Below, in pieces: positions 39,407-51,075 of a stretch of DNA of 64,000 bases. The position numbers were made by a program, and so were the translations under genes. The number at the start of each line of letters is the position of its first letter. The stretch's first letter is position 1. The notes under the pieces are model-generated. The model did no database searches. It was not told where the DNA came from and was given only the letters and a program-made list of their open reading frames with translations. The stretch is from Marsupella aquatica. Taxonomy: Eukaryota > Plantae > Marchantiophyta. Location of the stretch: positions 12,771,375 to 12,835,374 of the forward strand of contig OZ316897.1 in NCBI GenBank assembly GCA_973895155.1, read 5' to 3'.

Positions 39407-41033
39407 TCTCAGAGTATAATGCCTTGGGCAAAATATTGTGAAGATTTTTCTCTAATTTAACTAAGGTTAAAGAAAATAAAATCTCCGATGCCTTGAAGTC
39501 TGATAAAGTATTATTTGGTCAGAACCCGAACTGAAGCTCTCTTTTTTGGGGCATTGTATCCCATATTGCACTCTAAACAGGACTTCAGTGCATTCCAAAA
39601 ACCAGTTTCACCCCCAGTTTCACCCCCAGTTACACCTTCTTCAGCTGGCCACGATGTTCAAACGCACCGTCGGCAAGTCGGCCTCACCAGAATGATGCGG
39701 TCGCGTGGCCCCCAGCCGTGCGCCGGAATCAACCACTACAGTAACCGTATCACCGCTAATGATTTCAATTTAGACTCACGATCTGCGCCTAATCACCGAG
39801 TCTGTCGTGGATTCACAAGCCCAGCGCCAAAATCTACGCTCCTGACCGTCACCGCTAATGCGGATTAGGAGGGACTGATCAGAGATCCAGGAGCGGTGAA
39901 CGAGACGCCGTTTTAAAATTAGTAAGGCCGCGCATTGTAGTGTTCTTGCAGCGTGAGTGGGCCTTCTACGACCGGTAAGGAGCGTTCGGATGGGATCGGC
40001 GTGTTCTTGTAGCGAGCGGGAGATGCCGTCTTGGCTTGAAGCTCGATTGAGCGGCAATCTGTCGATGGTCGTCGTGTGAGAGAAGACGTGTGCTGCCTCT
40101 TGAGAAGAGAGCTCGGCAAAACATGCAATCAAAGTAGCAAAATCATCGAAGGGAAAGGGAACACGATCGTCGGGTGTTGCGTTGTTCCTCGCGGGGATCG
40201 TTTCTGTCGTGGACCTGTACTTTTTTTCTCCAGTTTTCGTACAGTGGTTGGTTTATTGAGAGCGGAAAACTCGAGACTGGAGCGGTCGATACGCTCGCCG
40301 TGGGAGGAGAGGGGAGAGGAAGGAAGGAGCTCGATGAACATAAGGATAGAGATCGAACGAGGACAGGAGGACGATGCGTATTGTGGATGTGTTGTCGAAG
40401 GAGAGGCGGTGGTGGTCTTTCGGGGAGGTGTTCGTGAGCCGAAAGTCTCGGGAGTGATGATGCTCTGGCCCCGATGATCTTACGGGGTTGTTGGTCTTCT
40501 TCCTCATTGGTGTTTTTACGTTGCGAGGAGGCGAGAGAGGACAATGGAGAACGGGCTGCTCGTGGAGGTGGTGGAAAATTTGTTTCGGAGGAGCAGCAAC
40601 TGCAAGAATTTAGGGTTTCAGGCTCATCGGCTGCGTTGCTCCGAGCTTTTTCTTGGTGCAGGTGGACCTTAGTCGTGCTCTTCTTGCGCTCTACTGTGGG
40701 CAGCGTAATCTGTAGCTCTGGTTTTGAGGGGACCACTGGGTTTGAGCGGGGTTTTTGTCTTCCGCAGCCACGGTTTGGTCTTATTTGGCGTGTCTTGGTG
40801 AGTATATTTCGTCTTTCCTGTGAGTGAGAGGCTATTGATGTGGGTTTCTGCTGATGCATTATGTTGGCAGTAGTAGAGTTGACCGGCGAGCAAACCGGGC
40901 AGACTTGCAAGACGATGCTCAAATTTTGGAGCGCGGTTTGAATGGAAAACTCGTCGGGAATGTGCACAATGTGTAGGTTTATTCCTCCGGCGCGCGGTGG
41001 CCGCAGTTCTTTCTTGTTACTGGCAATGTTACC

Positions 41034-44000
41034 ATGGATGATACAAAAACTGTGCACGCCTTGGAGCCTCCAGCAGAGACGACGGGTCCTGAAAATAGCG
41101 TAGGTAGTGGTGCAGTGCCCAGCTCGGTGGTGGGAAAAGAAGCAGATAAAGAATGTGTTCCTCCGCTGGATTCGTCGAGGCTTTCGCCCCCGACGGTTGG
41201 CGTCACAGCTTCGCTCTCGCCGTCAATTGCAGAGAAGCCTTTAACTCGTGAGGCGAGTCCCAAGGGGGATGAAAATGATCAAGTGGTTGATGGTTCCGCG
41301 CTTGCTGCTTCCGACGAGCAGGATACTGTAGCCGGGGGAAAAAAAATAGTTTCAGAGTCCACAGCTGGGGACGGGCGTCCTGTTGAGCTGCCTTCCGTCG
41401 GTATTGCAGGTAATTTTTTCACCTTTTCGTAGGGCTTTGTTGCTCTATTGATTTTTCCAGCTCCCAATACCACTTTTGACGTGGTTGCCGTTGTAAGTTT
41501 TGGCCCGATTTGGCACCCCCGAAACTGTCCCTGCATTATCTGGCGAGGGATGGGGGTCAGAAAATTTGCGTTCATTGGTGTGAAGTTGGTTCGCTGTTGG
41601 CTTTGAGCTCTTCCAGCGGAGGAAGTAGATGCTACAATGAACCTTTTCTTGAGTGTAATTCAGCTTTTGGCTTAGCCTCAATGTGTTATATCAGTAGGGT
41701 CAGATTCGGGCGGTGAGAGCTAGAACCCCCTTGTCGAGGGGTTTAGAAGTGCAGCATAATTTTTAATAAAACTCCCTTCTTCTCTCTGCCAGTCTTTCCG
41801 TATGGAAGATCTTGAAGTGTGAGTCAACTGTCGCGGTAGGGTTAATGTGTACATGTTGTATTGTCGTCAATAGTTAACTTTTGGTGAAGGAGATGTTTCT
41901 CAGTTTCCAAATCGCAGCTCTCAGTTTTGGAAGCACAGTAGGTATCCGTTTCTTTGCCGTTCTGATAGGAGTGAAGTTGATCGTTACGGATCTTTTGACC
42001 CACCTTTACTGTGGACCCGTGGAATATAGGTGACACATGTTTGAATTAGCCTTCCGAGCAGGTGCTTCCCCGTCCTGCTTTCAGATGTCCACTCAGAATG
42101 ATACGGAAATTATTCTCTAAGGCGTGTTTCTTCTCGCAGGAGAATCTGCAGCAATCAGCAGTTCACATCAGCCGCAAGAGGAAAAAGCTGAACCAGTGGA
42201 TTCGCAGAAAAGAACTGACGAAGTAAAAGAACGGATTGAGCCTGGCAACTCTCAAAGTACTGATAGTCTGAAGACTGGGGAGTTGAATGGGGCAGAGGGC
42301 ATAGCCCGCTGGCCAGGCAAGGGTGAGAGAAGGGCACTGACAACACTTTCAGAGTCAACCTTGATGGTCGTCATGGAGAAACTTGTCAGGTATTATGATC
42401 TTCTTCCATAGAAAGGGTTTAGTTCACTGAGCGAAATGCAGGTCCAGGCTCCTGCCAAGTTTAGGCCTAGCGGGTACTGGGATTCCCTCTGGAAGCTCAA
42501 ATCATCAGCCTTGAATTGGGGTTCTGTTCTGTTCTGTTTTATTTATTTTCAAACCCTGTGCTTTAGAGTTACTTCTAGGTCGCAATGAAGAAGGTGAGAA
42601 GAGAATTACTTCCTGTTACTTGTCTCGTGCATCCTCTCTAGGTCTCGATAAGACTGATTAGTCTGAAGGTATAGAATTTTGGTTGGTACAATCCGCTTTG
42701 TGAAGAAGTGCTTTAAGGTGAGACGTGAAGCTTACATCATAGAAGTTCGGTAATAGAAGGTTATGTAGACTCCGCGGTGATCATCAGAATTCCCACCTAA
42801 ATGAGTATGTTGTGCTTGATGGGAGCAGCCTAGATCCAACTGAGGTTTTCAAGGACCCGGTGGATGATTCCTTCGCTCCAAACTACTCGAAAATCATAAA
42901 AACTCCAATGTGTTTCTCAATGATGCAAGAGAAAATTGGTCTGCAACAATATCCCTCTTGGAGCTTGTTTGTGGTAAGAACAGACATGAACTGTAGAGGA
43001 ATCCTTTTATCCTATGTGCTGTGCCAGTTTAGAGATCTTGCAGTGTAGGGTTGATTTGTTTGTTTCAGAAAGTCAATATAGTTGAAAGCTTGTGAATGAG
43101 GCAACTTGAAGGCGACAATGGTATTTGTTGCATTTTTTCTTGCAGGAGGACTTCGAAAGGATTTGCTACAATGCAATGAAATATAATCAAAAGCGCTCAC
43201 GGATATGGAATGCTGCGAGCACGCTTCTCCGGCAGGGTAAGAAAGTCATTGAACCTTACGCTGAGCAAGGAGACTCAATGTTGGCCATCGGTAGTGCGGT
43301 AGAGCCTGAGGCCGAAGCTCAGGACGCAGCCAAGAATGGTGCAGAGGACGCAAACAAGAATGCTGCCCAGGACTCAATCAAGAATGACGTTCAGGATACA
43401 GTGAAGGGTGTCGCTCAAGATCCTGCACCGGCTGTGATATTTGCTGCAGAGGAGAATGTTACCCAGGTGGCAACTGGCACTGCTGATGAATTGGTTGAAG
43501 ATAAGGTTGTTGATTCTGACCAAGGAGGTGTTCCTGAAAGGGAATTTGTGCCAAAGCCAGACTCGGAAATGGTAGAAGTAACAGAAGTTGCAGTTACTCA
43601 TACTGACCTGGTTTTGAAGAGTTCACAAGATGGTGGAAAAGATGAGGTTGCTATACCTGTTGATATCAGCACGGGGACGGTGGAACAGTCGGTCACAGTT
43701 GCCCCTGCTATAGTAGATTCTCTTATGATACAAAGCGACGAGCTTCCTCGCAAAGGAATGTCCATGTCGACGAGGGCCAATCATGTGAATGAAGAAGTTA
43801 AGGTTGAGATTCTGGATAGCACAGGCTCTGAAGACGTGCGGCCTGATTCTCGAGATGAAGCGACAGAGTGCTCCAGCTCTTTTGGTTATACCCAAAGTAA
43901 ATTGGAGAGTGATCCAGAAGCAGATGGATTTCAGCAGAATGCAGAGGTTGAATCTGAGTTACGAGATGGGAATGGGGCACTGAGTTCTGCTTATGCTGAA

Positions 44001-47000
44001 GATGACGAGCTTGCAGGTGGAAACGAAAGGTATGAATCGCATCCATATGGATATACTGGATTATACAACTTGCGATTTCTACACAAGCGTGCTTGTATTC
44101 TGGGGTTTTGGAGCACACGTGTTGGCCTACAATTGACCGAAAAGGTGCGTCCTTCGTTGGCATTTTATCCCTCTGCAGGGGAAAGAAGGCATTGAATGCA
44201 GAGTGGAAGAAGTACAGACGGGGAATTGAATGGAGATGTCGTTGGCTTGAAATCCGATTGAATGAGTTGCGTGCAAGATCTGAAAGATATGATCGCCTGT
44301 TGGCGGAGAGGAGGGCAAAAAAAGCATGGTTAGCAAATGTGCAGCCTGGTGAGGAGTCCTCTGCCCGATCTGCTCAAATGGTAGATAGCCCTGAAAGAGG
44401 ACGTGTATTGCGGCGCATGCGAAGGAAACAAGTGGAAAACACTGTGGACTTGGATTTGTACATGGCAAGACATCCTCTTTTCTCAAGATACGGTACTTAT
44501 GGAGAATCTAAATGTCCGTACCTGGTGCAACCATGCTCTTTGATTGCTCTAGAAGTGTATTCAATCATCAGTTGGTAGTTGCAGGCTTCTACAGGAGAGG
44601 GGCTACAGCACCGGTGATGACCTCTGCTAGTATATTCATAGCTGCATCATAGGTTTAAAATAATTGAAATTCGCACTAGTCTCTCTCTTTTAGGAATGCT
44701 AATCGCGGGTTGTATGTACAAGACTCTAAGAAAGTGATAGGACACTTTCCATTGCCCATCCTTTAGGTTATATTTAGAAGGAAAGGAAAGGATTAGAGGG
44801 GTGAGAATCCGCTGGTGCATTCATCACGTAGCAGCCTGCTTTATGTTGCTTCGGCATTTTGCATTTCGCCTTAGATTATCTGCACTTCAGTGTTGATTTC
44901 CAGTTATTCTTTAAGTAGTTCAGTGAAAGAACTCATCTGTACTTCTTAGAGCTTCTTGATAATCTGTTAGGGTAGGTTTGATCATTTTTTTCCAGGTCTC
45001 CTTTCTTGTACTGCATCTGCGTTTTTCTTTACCTTTTGGTTCGTTCGGGATTTATTATGTAAAGTGGGCAAGTGCTAGGTCTGTGTTATGTTTCATTGGA
45101 CTCTAAAGAGTTGGCCCTTCGATTAACTTTGCAGACAAAAAGAAAAAGCGAGAAAATGAGGATACATTTATGGAGGCAAAGATTGACTCATTCCAACAGA
45201 CGCAAAACCCGCAGAACCGTATGGCTACTCCCCTGTGTCTCCTGTTGTGACGGTTATTACTTTTGTGCTACATGGAGTCAACCATTATTGTTATTGGTGG
45301 AATCCTGATCTTTGGCGTTAGTAGTCGACTAAAGCTCCAGAACTTGGGAACAGCTTTTCTTGTTCTGGTATACCTGCTTCCTAGGAAGTAAGGCTGTGCA
45401 GATCTATAGTAGGCGTGTTTAATGAATTAAGACATTGTTCCTGAGTACGACATTGTCATTGGAGGAATATCCTAGTCCTCCTTCCGTATGATGTTGTTTG
45501 TACATTCTCCTTCTTTCGTAATCATACTTGCATCACAGAGTCTGCTTTAATGCATCTGTTATTTGGCTGTACCCCATTGTCTTCCTCTCGTCGCACAGTT
45601 GTTGAGCCAGAGAAGCGAGTTCCGGACGAGTCAGACACTGAGGAGCAGCTGGTGGTAGGACGGTCATCTCTTGGAGGACAAGATTCAATGGAAAAATTTT
45701 TGTGGAAGGTGGAAGCATTGCAGGCTAGAGTAGAGAAGGCCCAGGCACAATTGCTGAAAGGAGCTCCTCCGAAGACTGTTCCACAACCTTTGACTATTCC
45801 AAAGCCTCCAAGCTACTTGTCTCGTTCTTTAAGTCAAGCATCTCCATCTCCACGGATATTACCTGCAGGTTCTATTCCGCGTCCTCCGGGGACAAAGGGC
45901 CGCCCTCCTTCCGGCCAATCACCTGGTTTGTCCGGGACTCCGACTGCAAATGGAGTGTCCCAAAGACAGGGTTCTGGGCTACTTCGAAGAAAATCTTCAG
46001 ATTATGATATCAACAATATGGTCATGCCAGTCAGCGTAGGTGCCAAGTATGTGGAGCACATTAAGCATGCCGATATCTCGACACCAAATTGGCGCCTCAT
46101 AGACAATACTTCGGCAGCTGATCAGTCAAACGGTGGCAGCTCTAGTGACGAGGTTGGCCCTGTTATCTGCTTTCCCAATTCGTAGTATATTGTTGCGTTT
46201 CTAAGTTTCTGAAAGATTAGGCCTTAGAAATCGAGTAAAGAACTACAGTATTTGATCCGAAGCCAGACTTTTGTGTGTCCATTATATTTTTCTAGCCCAG
46301 AATGTCGGTGCTGTTCATCCTACCTTGCAACCCGTGACCCATGTTGAAAGAACAGTTACTTAAATGGGAAACTTGTACCAGTTCTCCCCTAGCGCACCCC
46401 GCTTCCCTGACTTTCTCCTTCTCCTTTCTCGTGTATTCACCTTATCAGCCAGCCCGGTCCTCGCTAGCAGCGACATTTATCATCATTCACAGCATTGCGT
46501 GAAATGTCCCTGTGAGAGTTTCCTTGGCTCAGAATTTTAAAATACTTGACATTTTCCAATCTGGACTGTGCCTCGACTAGTAGGAATTGTTTTCCTCAAC
46601 TGGGTAGCCCTGTCCTAATGTGTGAACTACAGACTCGTGGCGCTCTGCATGGGTATGGCGTTCAAACATAGTGATCTGTGGTGTTGTGATTCTGTGCTCT
46701 CATGAAGATACGCACAATGGTTATTTTTACATGCATGGATTGCGCACGATGAATCACCAAAGTTGTGTATTGTCCCTGTCTGGAAAGTCCTGATTTTTGT
46801 CTGAAATTCGATTGATACAGGACACAGATGATGAACAGTTTGAGATCCGACATTCAGAAATGGAAGTAAATGAGAGGAAACATCGGTATATGCTCCCCAC
46901 GAAAAGAAGTCCAGATGGAGATGTCGCTGGGTCCGGAAAGGGGAGGTCCAAGTCTGGAATGGGGAAGGGTGCGGGGAAAATGTCTGGTCGGGGTAGTGTT

Positions 47001-47381
47001 CCAACCAAGGTAGTTGCAGTTCCTGCTGTTGAGTCTCCTCCAGACTCTGGTTCCTCTCCTGCATTTGCAGGTTCCATACCTAAAGGTAAGCGACGAAAAA
47101 GACTTTTCAACGCAACAGCATTTACAACAAATCGTGCTCACCGGTTAACATCGCATTTAGGGGAGCCTTCAGGTTCTTTGCAAAGTCCTGAAGGTCCCAG
47201 GGAACGTATTCTCATTGATGATACAGTAGACGTAAGGACTAGTGAAGAGACAAGTGCAGAACTCGTGATAACCACTGAATTAGAAAAATCGAGTGTACAG
47301 CCCCTCCAGTCTGTTGATCAAGCTGATGCAAAAAAAAAGAGACCTGCAGCCTCTGGGTTGCAAGTCCTTGCTAATCCCTAG
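41034..47381 (+). CDS. Bromodomain + KANSL1/NSL1-like (coiled coil, Win motif, PEHE domain) chromatin protein. Inferred exons: 41034-41409, 42140-42389, 42829-42973, 43146-44029, 44179-44492, 45135-45218, 45599-46152, 46821-47381
   Basis: Bromodomain: LDPTEVFKDPVDDSFAPNYSKIIKTPMCFSMMQEKI..YPSWSLFVEDFERICYNAMKYN. Coiled coil: EWKKYRRGIEWRCRWLEIRLNELRAR. Win-like SSARS. PEHE-like RRKSSDYDINNMVMPVSV..VEHIKHADISTPNWR...EDTDDEQFEIRHSEMEVNER. All exons join in frame at GT-AG. Confidence 0.9.
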
Positions 47382-48476
47382 CCTTTCCTATGTAGGCTAT
47401 TTTGAATGTTGCAACATTTGCATGAAGTTCACGAAGGATTAGGATGAACTGTCGAGTTAGGCCAGGGAAGGGAAATTGATTACCAGTAGGCTATCCTTAT
47501 CAAGGATCCTCCTTTTTGCCTTGTAAAGATGTATGTACGGCTTTGTGCAAGCATGAGTTCATTACCTTGTACACATTCCCGCGGGTTTGGTGCTCGTTGA
47601 CGCCATCCTGTAGGAAACAGTGAAGTTCATTCCATTTAATCAAAAAACACAGTGGAGACCGTCCGTCTGCAATGCGTCGAACAATTGTAGTTGTAGCTTG
47701 AGTGTTATGTTGAGAAATCAGGTATTGTGTCTAGTTGGCGTGCTCCTTCCATTCTTGTGGGAGCAGATGATTTTGCGTACGCCTCGGGCCCTTCGTCATA
47801 CGGATCATGAATACAAGGTACCGGCTCATTTATCCATTTTCGCAATGAAAGTCGACAGTAGCTGCTTGAGAAATCTCTAGACTCGTACTTCTTCTGCGTC
47901 AGATGATTTTGAGTTGTTCAATTGGCAAGTTATTATCTACCAATAATGATATTCTTTAACTGACGATGATGAACATAGAATGACGCTCCCATTAATCCCC
48001 TTGAAGTAACGGAAGTGGGTCGCAAAGGCCCTTCTTCTGGCATGAGTGATTCCTATTCAACAGATGAATGATCCCTGAATGTAGCCAACCAGCACTGCCT
48101 TGCCCTACTGGGACGAAGGCAAATAAGTCATGTAAGAATCATCGATGTCTCGATGTGTTAAATCAGAGGGTCCCTCTTGTGGTGTGGGTCGAGTTATACT
48201 GCCTCTTTTCTACGTGAGCCGAACAAAAGATTTGTACATCCAGGGAAGGTACAAAAATGTGCTGCCAGGCAAATTATAGCCTTAAAGTCTCACGTTATGG
48301 TATCTGTCCGTAGTTATCGCTGCACATGAGTTTCAATGTCAAAGCGGGATTTGGCTATTGCATTTGATCCGACCTTATCTTGTATTAGCCAAATGAAATT
48401 TACATTAATATAATCTAATATGTTTTCTTTTGCCTCGCTTGCAGAGCATTACTACCTTCCCTTAACAGCCGTTGCT

Positions 48477-48885
48477 TATGGCCAAAGTGATGGAACATGA
48501 ATTCGTGAGTCCAGAAAACTTGTGGTCGTTAGCCTTAGCTCATGAGTTAGTCAGTGTAAATGCAAAGTTATGGAACAAGAAAGTGTGAGTCCAGAAATCT
48601 TCTCGTCATATGTCTTGGCCCATGGGTTAACCAGTGTGAACTATAGCCAGAAGTTTCCCAACATGAAATTTTGAGTCCAGAATTCTCGTGGTCGAGTCTC
48701 AGGTGATCAATTTCTGAGTGTGAACTATGGCCAAAGCTCATGGAACGTGAAATTGTGAGTCCAAAAAACTTCTGGTCCTAAGTTTGAGCTCACGAGTTCC
48801 TGAGTGTGAACTCAAGGGATACATGAAATTGTGAGTCCACAAAACTTGTGGTCATAAGCCTCAGCTCATGAGTTTAGTGAACTGA
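48477..48885. repeat. Degenerate tandem repeat, ~80-85 bp unit, ~5 copies
   Basis: The core gaaattgtgagtcca(g)aaaactt..ggtc...gctcatgagtt...agtgtgaact recurs at ~48507, 48587, 48673, 48757 and 48832. Confidence 0.85.
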
Positions 48886-50182
48886 AGGACTTTGAGACAC
48901 CCCAATGTGATCATTATCAGTGGCTGGAGGGTGTGAGAGGACATTTTATCATCCATACTGTAGACTGAGAAGGCTATTATAGTAAAGGGATGTGACTCCT
49001 TGGGACACCAGGGTTTGGGGGGTGTAAGGTCTTGGGCACAGCCTGTTCCTTGCATCAAATTCGAAAGAACAGTCTCCATTTGCCCCCATTGAAGAAGTGA
49101 TTGTTTGGAAACTTGCTCGTTCTCCTCCATCAACCCCTCCTCGTTCTCCTCCCTAATATTTGCTGAATGTCAATGAGCTTACATTACTGTGAATTCACTA
49201 CTTGCCATTTATTATTTGGGGATTTCAACCAGGTAAATCGTTTATGGGCTGGTTGGTGGTGCCTCATAATTGAGGATTCGCTTGAATTCCCCAAATTAAT
49301 GTTTTCTCCCCCAACAGCCACTTGTCAAGCACTTAGATGTTCACTGACATTAACATTGAACGATCATCAGGCCATCAACAACTACTGTAGTTGATGCCCA
49401 TCTGGAGACAGCATTCAGTGATAGCTTACCGGACCTGGTCTTTTTGCCTAATAATTCATGTTTAGCCATGCCTTGTGTGTTGGTTACAAGGTGACAGAAC
49501 TGAACAGGACCACATCAATGCGATAATGAACTAAAATGAGGAGGAGCCAGCCCGGGAAGGCTTATTGGTCTAGTCCAAGTGACCCAATGGACTGGTACAT
49601 ATGACCAAAATGCCTCTTCATTTGTAACTCTTCATTCTTCACAAAACATAGAGATATTCAACTCAACAGAAAGATATTGCAAACCTTTTATAACTAGTCT
49701 AAACTAGTCTAAATTGATATGATGAGATAACAAGATAGATATCTGCCACTCTTTCTTGGTATAATATGTACCTTGCGATTTAATTTTTGTGGTTTATCAC
49801 AGTGCCCCTATTTTCATTTGTGAGTCAAGAAAAATTAACCTGGGTTCGCTCCTTCACATTCATAGGCTACACTTGCACCCAGTCCTGCGAAGAAATAGCT
49901 CCAGTCTCCCTTAAGGTGACTTTGACCCCCCTCAATTGGAAAGAGGTAGAGGCTCTGTGTAGGGATAGGCTGGCCTTGGATAGAGGTCGTTTGTAGGATA
50001 GGAGGACAACACCACTCCACCCACCCCTTTGTCAACTAACCCAAGGGTGGTCAACTTCACATTAAAGCCCCATAGTCCCCAATGCAAAACCTGGTGAATT
50101 CAAGTTACCAAAAGAAGTACAAAATGTTCTAAGAAAATAAAATTCCACTCTTTTGTCTTCCCCAAACCTGATGGCAGTGGCT

Positions 50183-50251
50183 GTTAATTAAAGGTGTTAA
50201 TTAAAGGTGTTAATTAAAGGGAGACCCAGGCCACAAGGGTGTTAATTAAAG
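50183..50251. repeat. GTTAATTAAAG x4 microrepeat upstream of the MDP-1 gene
   Basis: gttaattaaaggtgttaattaaaggtgttaattaaagg...gtgttaattaaagt. Confidence 0.75.
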
Positions 50252-51075
50252 TGAGACCCGGACAATCCAACTACAAGCAAAGGGGTGTGATGAGAGCCAT
50301 TGGATGTGAAAAAGCTAGCCTAATAACAACATGGACAATGAACTTATTATGACGAAAAAGAGTGAATTTGGAAATTCAAAATACAAAATTAGAAAATCAA
50401 GGGTGGAGTAACGAACGAACGAAACGACCGAAGAAAACAACAAACGACTCATCAACGACGGAATTCCCGATCCACTGAATCTGAAAACCCTCTGGAGATG
50501 CTTGCCTCCGTGCTCTGTGAAGAGCTGTGCATTCTTCGCACAGCAGGGGATGCGGCAGTCAGGCAATTGGATTGCAGATGGAGTTCTCCCGATGAACAGA
50601 CGCCAGAAATTGCGCTCCTCTGCTCTAGAAGCGCTCCATTTTTGTAGGGTTTCCAAGCTTTCGTTCTCCCCCCCTCTCATTGCGTCCTTGTTTCCCTGCT
50701 ATGGCGTCCTTTCTACCCTTTGCAGCGTCACGCATTGGCACGACATACGGGCACACACAAGGATCAGACAGACGTCCCGCTTCGTGGCCCTAGAATTGTT
50801 CTTACTGCGAAATTTTCGATGCGTTTGTTCGAGGTTATGAGAAGGGATCCCTGCGGCTCGGAGCGGACTTTGGAGCGGGGGCGAGTGTCTGAGCATTAGT
50901 GGATTGTAGGCTCGAGCAGGAAGCAAGAGTGCCAATTTGAAGCAGCAGGGTGGCACAATGGCTTGCGTAGGGAATTCATGAGGGATGAGGAAGAGAAAGT
51001 CTCCAATGCCGGTTAAGTCAGGTTGAAAAACTGACACGGAACGACGCGCACTGCAATTGAGAGAGGTATTTGGAG

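Noticed and set aside
40143-41057. 304-aa minus-strand ORF antisense to the bromodomain gene leader
   Set aside because: Low-complexity sequence with no domain; expected by chance in a GC-rich UTR.
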